In this document: positions 58,007 through 64,000 of the stretch, piece after piece
Layout of the letters: each line of letters begins with the position of its first letter
How positions within the stretch are numbered: position 1 is the stretch's first letter
Source of the DNA: Burkholderiales bacterium
Lineage (GTDB): Bacteria > Pseudomonadota > Gammaproteobacteria > Burkholderiales > SG8-39
Reading direction: 5' to 3'
Length of the DNA: 64,000 nt
Assembly: GCA_035286595.1 (NCBI GenBank)
Contig: DATEDA010000069.1
Location: forward strand, 10,497 to 74,496
Program-made: the position numbers and the translations under genes
Notes under the pieces: generated by a model
Told to the model about the DNA's origin: nothing
The model's input: only the letters and a program-made list of their open reading frames with translations
Databases searched by the model: none

Positions 58007-60199
58007 TCACGTCCCGGCCGCTGACCGAACGGTGACGTCTCGGCCGCCCCGCGCGATCTCGAGCGACGCCGCCGGGAGACCCGCGCGCGCGCGCTCGACC
58101 ATCGCGCTGAATCCAGCCTCGAGCTCGCGGACGCGCGCCGCCATGTCGAACAGCGGGGCTTCGCGGCGTGCCGCACGGAGGCGTTGGCGGACTGCGGCCA
58201 GCGCGCCAGCGTCCGTCGCCAGGTGGGCGGCCCGATCCACGTAGTCATCGAGATCCTTCGCGATCAGCTCCGGGAGGCCGAGCGCGGCGAGGGCGCTCGC
58301 CGACTGCCGACCGGCCAGGGTGGCCGTCGGGCAGCCGAGGACCGGGAGACCCTGCCAGAGCGCGTCGAGGCAGGTCGTCGCCGCGCTGAAGCCGGGCGTG
58401 TCGAGAAACAGGTCGGCGGCCGCGTGGCGCGCCAGGTGCTGGTCGTGCGGCAAGGCAGGTGCGCTCACGATCCGTTCGGGATCGATCCCGCGGCGCTCCG
58501 CCTCGCGTCTCAGGTTCCGACCGGCTTCCGGGCTCCGCGCGAGGACCCAGAGAACGCTGCCCGGGACGCGACGCAATAGCTCCATCCAGCGCGAGAAGAT
58601 CTCCGGGCCGATCTTGAAAGCATTGTGAAAGCCGCAGAATACGAACCCCTGCGGCGGGAGCCCGACGGCGACGCGCGGCGGCGGGCTGTCGGTCAGCGGA
58701 GGACGGCCGTAGCACCAGAGGGAGTCCGGCAGGAACACCAACTGCTCGCTGAAATACTCTTCCGCGCCCGGCGGGACTGCGACGCGGTCGACGATCATGT
58801 AGTCGATGAACGGCGCGCTCGAGGTGCCGAGAAATCCGAGGTAGGCGACGTTGACCGGCGCGGGTCGCATCGCGAATAGCTCCGGTCGCGCGCCGGTCGT
58901 GTAGCCGGTGAGGTCCACCGCGACATCGATCCCATCGGCACGGACCTGCGCCGCGATCTCGGCCGCCGCGCGGCCCGATACATCGCGGAATGCATCGACA
59001 TCCGACGCAATGCGGCGTCGTACCGGGCTGCCGTCGTCCGGAGTCAGCGCATACGCGAAGACCTCGAACCGATCCCGGTCGTGTCGGGCATAGACCTCCT
59101 CGGTGAGCCAGGCCACGGTGTGTGCACGGAAGTCGGCTGAGACGTACCCGATGCGGATCCGGCTCGTGGCCCGGCAATCGACGGGCGGCAGGGGCTTTGC
59201 CGAGCGCACGATGCGAGCGGCGACCTGCGCGGCGAGTTTTGCCTGCCGCCGCTGGTCCATGCCCAGCGCGACCGCCCGCCAGGCGAGCGGCAACGCGTCG
59301 AGCGGATGCGAGTCGCTCGCGTCAATCCAGGCCGCGAAGCGCTGCAGGTACCGGTCGCGGTCGGCCCAGTCGCACGTGTCCAGCGCCTCGAATCCGCGCA
59401 CGAGGTACACCTCGCGTGCGTCGATCGGGCGGGCCTGGTCGCGTTCCGGATAGACGCGCGCCTCCAGCGCCTGCGTGCGTGCCGGATCCAGCCGCCGCGC
59501 ATGCTCGAAAGTCGCCTCCGCCTCTTCGATCCGGCCCGCGGCCGCAAGCGCGAGGCCGCGATCGAACGTTGCGCCGATGTGTCGCGGGTCGAGGCGAAGG
59601 GCCCGGTTGCAGTGCTCGATCGCCTCGCCGTAGCGCGACAGCGCGAGGCAGATCTCGGCCAGGTTGAAGTGGGAATCCGCCAGTGCGGGGTACAGCTCGG
59701 CCGCGCGGCGATTGTTCTCGTAGGCCTCGGGGAGGCGACCGAGGCGCGTGAGCGCGAGACCGCGGTTCAGCAGCGCGGGGCGGTAGTCACCGGCCAGCGA
59801 AAGCGCGGCGTCGTAGCACGCCAGCGCGCGATCGAGCTCGCCTCTCGCCTCGTGGATCAGGCCGAGATTGAAGCGGAGCTGGGCGTCGGCGGGAGCGCTC
59901 GCGACGAGGTGCATACAACGCGCCAGGGCCTCGTCGGTTCGGCCAAGCTGCGACAGCACGGCGACGGCGCCCTGCGCGGCCTGGTGGTTCGCCGGGTCGA
60001 GCTCGCAGGCCCGATTGAAAGCCCGCAGCGCCTCGTCGAGGCGATCGAGCGCGTGACAGCACGCGCCACGGAGGAAATGCGCTTCGTCGGAGTCGGGACG
60101 TGCAGCGCAAGCCCCGTCGAGCTTCGCGGCCGCGGCGGCGAGATCGCCGCGCTGGAGGAGCGCACGAGCTTCGTCGAGGAACGAGTCTGCGCCGGGCAA
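58007..60199 (-). CDS. TPR-repeat protein with C-terminal GT41 (SPINDLY/O-GlcNAc-transferase-like) glycosyltransferase domain
   Basis: 730 aa. About 8 TPRs in the N-terminal 250 aa. The C-terminal half (RIGYVSADFRAHTV...FCGFHNAFKI...LDTPGFSAATTCLDALWQGLPVL) matches SPY-family OGT-like enzymes. The only start I can find is TTG 60199, 22 nt after the upstream stop. Confidence 0.85.
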   Translation of the reverse strand: MPGADSFLDEARALLQRGDLAAAAAKLDGACAARPDSDEAHFLRGACCHALDRLDEALRAFNRACELDPANHQAAQGAVAVLSQLGRTDEALARCMHLVASAPADAQLRFNLGLIHEARGELDRALACYDAALSLAGDYRPALLNRGLALTRLGRLPEAYENNRRAAELYPALADSHFNLAEICLALSRYGEAIEHCNRALRLDPRHIGATFDRGLALAAAGRIEEAEATFEHARRLDPARTQALEARVYPERDQARPIDAREVYLVRGFEALDTCDWADRDRYLQRFAAWIDASDSHPLDALPLAWRAVALGMDQRRQAKLAAQVAARIVRSAKPLPPVDCRATSRIRIGYVSADFRAHTVAWLTEEVYARHDRDRFEVFAYALTPDDGSPVRRRIASDVDAFRDVSGRAAAEIAAQVRADGIDVAVDLTGYTTGARPELFAMRPAPVNVAYLGFLGTSSAPFIDYMIVDRVAVPPGAEEYFSEQLVFLPDSLWCYGRPPLTDSPPPRVAVGLPPQGFVFCGFHNAFKIGPEIFSRWMELLRRVPGSVLWVLARSPEAGRNLRREAERRGIDPERIVSAPALPHDQHLARHAAADLFLDTPGFSAATTCLDALWQGLPVLGCPTATLAGRQSASALAALGLPELIAKDLDDYVDRAAHLATDAGALAAVRQRLRAARREAPLFDMAARVRELEAGFSAMVERARAGLPAASLEIARGGRDVTVRSAAGT

Positions 60200-60221
60200 G
60201 CGCGAGCTCGGAGCGCGGGGA

Positions 60222-61697
60222 TCAGCGCTGGAACGCGGCGGCGCCGACGATGTTTGTCGCGCTGACGTTCTGGAAGTTGTATGCGAACCCGGCGTGGGTC
60301 GCCCCTGCGCCCATGAACTGGCCGTTCACCTGCGCGGAGCAGGTGGTGGGACATGCCGTACCAGTCACTCCTGCTCCGCCGGAGAAGGGCGCGTAGGAAC
60401 CCCCGGTCAGAACTGGGATCGCCGCGCTGGTCATGCTGTACGCGTTGCCGGCCAGGTTGAAGTTGAAACTGCTGATGGCGACCGTCGGCGAAGGACCGAA
60501 AGTGCCGACCAGTTGTCCACTCGTGACCGTGCCGACGTTGCCCAAGCTGTCGACCGGCGCGGTCGCGCCGACGAGGTTGAACGTGAATGTGCCGCTCATC
60601 GAGGTGATGTCGGCGATCGGGCTCGGCAGGCCGGTCACGTACGCGAGCGTCTGAAAGCCCGACCAGGGCGTTCCACCCAGCGTTGCGCTGCCCACCCAAC
60701 GGCCCCACGTGACGACGCCGCCCGATGAGCCCCCGTCGACGTGCGTTCCGGTCAATGCCCTTGGGACGCCGGCCCCGTCCGTGAACGCCGTCATCGACGC
60801 GTCGCCGGCGAGCGTGACGTCCCCGGGGTTGGCGTGGAACTTGGTGGAGGCTCCGGCGCCGCTGAGAAGCGTGGCATACGCGACCTCGCAGCCCGCGGGC
60901 GTGCCGCAATCGACCGGACCGAAGAGCGATGCCGGCAGGCCGGCGCTCGTTACGTTGTCGCCGGCAACCAGCACGTTCGCCTCGCCCGTCACGAACGGCG
61001 GCGCGGAATTCGGTGCCGATGTCGGCATCGCCGTCAGGGCATCGGACTCCGTCGGCCACGTCGGCGTCGCCAGCACCCCCTGGGGTGGAGGGAGCACGGG
61101 GCCTTCGGCCGACTCGGACGGCGGAATCGCCTGGTTCGGACCGGCCTTCGCCGCTTTCCCCGCAGGCACGTCCACCGAACCCGCCTGGTTCCCGAGCGAC
61201 CAAACGCCGCTGTTGCCCGTGACGAGCGTGGTGCCGTCGGGCAGGATCTGAATCAGGCCGCCGGTGCCGCGGATGCCGATCGTCGCCGTAGGCGTCTGGA
61301 TCTGATAGGCGCTGCGATTGACCCGCCCGATCGCCCCGGTGACGGTCCGCAACGCCCCGCGCACGAGGCCGAAGATTCCCTTCTCCGTGCCGTCGGTCTT
61401 GCCGTCGAAGCGGTACTCGCGAATGCTGAAGTCGCTGTTCGGTTGCACCGAGACGTAGGCGCCATCCGTGAAGCGGAGCTGCGCGCGGCCGTCGGCCGTG
61501 ACGATGCGGTCGCCGGACTGCAGCTCGAGGCCCTTCGCCACCGGGCGACTGCGGCCGTCGGCGCCCGTGACCGTGACGCCGCCGATCGCAAAGTCCACCC
61601 GGGCTGCCGGCGCCGCGACGGCGGTTCCGGTCGCGGCGAGCGACGCCGAGACGAGCCATGCGAGCTTCCGAAGCCGAAACGGTACGCGGACTGCCAT
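60222..61697 (-). CDS. Secreted FecR-domain protein with TbpB-like (transferrin-binding-protein-like beta-barrel) C-terminal domain; candidate Slam cargo
   Basis: 491 aa. Sec signal with an AxA site (ATGTAVAAPA) and no lipobox Cys. FecR-like N-terminus (GDRIVTADGRAQLRFTDGAYVSVQPNSDF). G/T/S/A-rich middle. The C-terminus VNGQFMGAGATHAGFAYNFQ...IVGAAAFQR follows the TbpB handle/barrel C-terminal pattern. GGGAGA SD. Confidence 0.8.
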   Translation of the reverse strand: MAVRVPFRLRKLAWLVSASLAATGTAVAAPAARVDFAIGGVTVTGADGRSRPVAKGLELQSGDRIVTADGRAQLRFTDGAYVSVQPNSDFSIREYRFDGKTDGTEKGIFGLVRGALRTVTGAIGRVNRSAYQIQTPTATIGIRGTGGLIQILPDGTTLVTGNSGVWSLGNQAGSVDVPAGKAAKAGPNQAIPPSESAEGPVLPPPQGVLATPTWPTESDALTAMPTSAPNSAPPFVTGEANVLVAGDNVTSAGLPASLFGPVDCGTPAGCEVAYATLLSGAGASTKFHANPGDVTLAGDASMTAFTDGAGVPRALTGTHVDGGSSGGVVTWGRWVGSATLGGTPWSGFQTLAYVTGLPSPIADITSMSGTFTFNLVGATAPVDSLGNVGTVTSGQLVGTFGPSPTVAISSFNFNLAGNAYSMTSAAIPVLTGGSYAPFSGGAGVTGTACPTTCSAQVNGQFMGAGATHAGFAYNFQNVSATNIVGAAAFQR

Positions 61698-61863
61698 GTC
61701 ATCTCCCTGCCGGCCGCAAGCCGGCGCCGGCGAACGGCTCAGATTATGCCGTCAACATCCGGCGCCCGGGGCGCACCGCGGCGGCGGAAGTCGGTCTACC
61801 GCGGCACCGTTCACGGAATCCCCCGCGCGCCGGGGACGGGGCCGGCCGGGCGCCGGCGGGCGG

Positions 61864-63180
61864 TCAAAAGTCACGTCGGACCGAAACGGACCCGATGGTA
61901 CGGTTGTACGAATTCAGCTCGATGTTCGAATAGTTGTTCGTGTACGCGACCTGCGGGGTGAGGGTCCAGCTGGGCGCCACGAGGTAGGCAAGGCCCAGGC
62001 GCGCGTCCGTCTGGTCGTCGCGCCGCTTGACCAGGAACAGCGGTTCCACCCCGTCATAGGACCGGTGCTCGTAGCTCGCGGAAGCGAAGAGCAGCGCGCG
62101 ATCGGAGAGCGAGAGCTGGCCGCCCAGGCGGAGGCCCACCGGCGTGAAGCTGAGCCAGGGGAAGCTGCCGTCGAGGACCTTCTCTTGGCCCCCGTACGCG
62201 GAGATGAAGAACACCGGCGAGTACGGCAGCGCTAACGCTTGCGAGTAGCCGACGCCGCCGATGTACCGGTTCGCGTCGCGGGGACTCTGGTCGGGGTACG
62301 TAAGCCTCGCATACTGCCCGAAGACCGTGAACTGCTGGCTCGGGCTGAAGTTGTACAGCCACTGGACGGTCCCGCCGGCGGAATTGCGGTAAGTCTCGTA
62401 GTCTGCCCAGAAGCGCTGGAACTGCCCGATGGCGAGCACCTGGTTGTTGCCGCTTGCCCAGCGCACGCCGGCGCTGGCGTCGACCTGACCGGTGTCGAAC
62501 CCGTCGACGTCGAAGTTGTACTTGCCGGCGTAGCTCGCGGCGCCGATGAGGTACCACTGGTCGGACAGCCCGTGGCTCAGCGAGACGCCCGTGCCGAGCC
62601 CGCCGAACCAGGACGACTCGCGCACCCCGAGCGGATTCAGGGTCGCGATCGTGCCGCCGAACGCCGGGATGGCGATCGCGCTCTTCCCGGTCGCGCTGTT
62701 GACGTTGGAGTCCCAGCCCCCGGTCAGCTCGATATAGGCGCGGACTTCGGTACGCTGCGGCTCGAGCGCGGAGAGGTAGCGATCGATCGTCTCGCGTGCC
62801 TCCGGCGGCAGGCTTTGGGTGCGCACCGACTCGAACTCGCGCCGTGCGGTCTGGCGCTCGCCGAGGACGAAGTAGGCCCGGGCGATCTCCGCCCGCGCCT
62901 GGAGAAAGTTGGGGTTGACCGCCAGGACGCGCTCGAGCGCGAACACGGCCTGCTGGGGATCCCCGGCATCGAGCGCGGCGACGCCCAGGAAGTAGTCGTA
63001 CTCGATCTCGCCCGCCCGCTGCGACTGCAGCGGCAGGAGCAGCGCGTAGGCTGCCTTCGGATTCCGCTGCTCGAGCAGTTTCCTCGCTTGATCAATGACT
63101 TGATCGGCGACTGCCGAGGTCGCCACGCCGAGCCAGAGCAGGCCGACGAGCGCTCGCCGAGCCCTCAGGACAAACCGCAT
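61864..63180 (-). CDS. Outer-membrane protein with N-terminal TPR and C-terminal beta-barrel, Slam/DUF560-like (type XI secretion candidate)
   Basis: 438 aa. Signal peptide (LWLGVATSAVA-DQ). About 150 aa of TPR (DYFLGVAALDAGDPQQAVFALERVLAVNPNF). Alternating-hydrophobic strands run to a terminal aromatic (SVSVRRDF). Strong SD GGAGGGAGGGG. The family call is from architecture and memory, not from an HMM. Confidence 0.7.
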   Translation of the reverse strand: MRFVLRARRALVGLLWLGVATSAVADQVIDQARKLLEQRNPKAAYALLLPLQSQRAGEIEYDYFLGVAALDAGDPQQAVFALERVLAVNPNFLQARAEIARAYFVLGERQTARREFESVRTQSLPPEARETIDRYLSALEPQRTEVRAYIELTGGWDSNVNSATGKSAIAIPAFGGTIATLNPLGVRESSWFGGLGTGVSLSHGLSDQWYLIGAASYAGKYNFDVDGFDTGQVDASAGVRWASGNNQVLAIGQFQRFWADYETYRNSAGGTVQWLYNFSPSQQFTVFGQYARLTYPDQSPRDANRYIGGVGYSQALALPYSPVFFISAYGGQEKVLDGSFPWLSFTPVGLRLGGQLSLSDRALLFASASYEHRSYDGVEPLFLVKRRDDQTDARLGLAYLVAPSWTLTPQVAYTNNYSNIELNSYNRTIGSVSVRRDF

Positions 63181-63314
63181 CCCCTCCCTCCGATCAAAGG
63201 GTTATCGGCGAATCTTAATATGAGGATTCAGGATTCTTCAATCGCCCGGCTGGGCGGGAACGGAAGTCTGTCCTCCCCCGGCACCGGGGGGTGGGAGGCC
63301 TGGGCCCGGATCGG

Positions 63315-64000
63315 CTACCCGGCAAAGAACTCGCGGACCTTCTCCACCCACGACTTGGCACGCGGGTTGTGGCGGTCGGCGTTCTTCTGGGTGATGGCGT
63401 CGAACTCCCGCAGCAGTTCCTTCTGGCGCTCGGTGAGGTTCACCGGCGTCTCGATGACCACGTGGCAGAAGAGGTCGCCGGGCGTCTGGCTGCGCACGCC
63501 CCTGATCCCCTTGCCGCGCAGGCGGAAGGTCTTGCCGCTCTGGGTCTCGGCCGGGACCCGGATCTTGGCGCTGCTGTCGAGCGTGGGGAGGTCGATCTCG
63601 CCGCCGAGCGCGGCGGTCGCGAAGCTGATCGGCATCTCGCAGTGCAGGTCGTCGTGGTTGCGCTGGAAGATCGGATGCGGCTTCAGACGAAGCTGGACGT
63701 ACAGGTCGCCCGGAGGCCCGCTGTTCACCCCGGGCTCGCCCTCGCCGGCGAGCCGGATGCGATCCCCTTCGTCGACGCCCGCGGGAATCTTGACGGAAAG
63801 CGTCTTGTGAGTCTTCACGCGCCCTGCGCCGCTGCAGGCCGTGCAGGGCTCGGGGATGATCTTGCCCGTGCCGTGGCAGCGCGGACAGGTCTGCTGAAGC
63901 GAGAAGAAGCCCTGCTGCATCCGGACCTGGCCCTGGCCGGCGCAGGTCGGGCAAGTCTGCGGCTTCGTGCCGGGCTTGGCCCCCGAGCCCTGGCAGGTCG
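63315..64000 (-). CDS. dnaJ: Molecular chaperone DnaJ (C-terminal part; 5' end lies beyond the window)
   Basis: The frame is open to the window edge. Zinc-finger CxxCxGxG repeats ([24 protein letters not shown]) and a C-terminal domain GDLYVQL...FRLRGKG. Confidence 0.95.
   Translation of the reverse strand, partial: TCQGSGAKPGTKPQTCPTCAGQGQVRMQQGFFSLQQTCPRCHGTGKIIPEPCTACSGAGRVKTHKTLSVKIPAGVDEGDRIRLAGEGEPGVNSGPPGDLYVQLRLKPHPIFQRNHDDLHCEMPISFATAALGGEIDLPTLDSSAKIRVPAETQSGKTFRLRGKGIRGVRSQTPGDLFCHVVIETPVNLTERQKELLREFDAITQKNADRHNPRAKSWVEKVREFFAG

Noticed and set aside
63275-63290. A GC hairpin (CCCCCG gcac CGGGGG) downstream of dnaJ, considered as a terminator
   Set aside because: The stem is only 6 bp and no T tract follows on the minus strand, so this is insufficient.

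Overview
Very GC-rich chromosomal core segment. Gene content and order point to a betaproteobacterium, probably Burkholderiales-like (inference from synteny): leuC-leuD-leuB-asd-fimV-truA-trpF-trpB-trpA-accD-folC-SPOR-cvpA-purF-metZ, trxA-rho-rpmE, orn next to M48-rsgA, and a PhaM-like gene. I support about 60 protein genes, mostly housekeeping and tightly packed, with many 4-nt ATGA/GTGA overlaps. I saw no rRNA, tRNA, CRISPR array, IS element or integrase. Most long ORFs in the six-frame track are antisense or off-frame shadows of real genes, which is expected at this GC content, and I rejected them. Four things deserve a second look. (1) A ~60-63 nt repeat occurs at three loci (four units), always in the sense orientation of the flanking genes. 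It behaves as a frame-locked cassette carrying a Shine-Dalgarno, an ATG and an ATGA overlap: it chains 20-21 codon mini-ORFs ([10 protein letters not shown]...), supplies the SD and start codon of rsgA and accD and the last codons and stop of trpA, and contains a covarying hairpin that sequesters the SD. (2) A three-gene minus-strand operon between dnaJ and cysS encodes a TPR plus beta-barrel protein (Slam/DUF560-like), a signal-peptide FecR-domain protein with a TbpB-like C-terminal domain and no lipobox, and a TPR/GT41 (SPINDLY-like) glycosyltransferase. This looks like an uncharacterised type XI secretion (Slam-type) module. (3) The metZ leader has a pseudoknot-capable, SAM-II-like fold and mutually exclusive terminator and antiterminator pairings. 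(4) There are several unusual fusions and couplings: a membrane domain fused to a spermidine-synthase-like domain (1021 aa), GT39 coupled to pgi, PhaM-like coupled to FIST, and MFS fused to an acyltransferase. All product calls come from recognising motifs in the supplied translations. No database search or computation was run.
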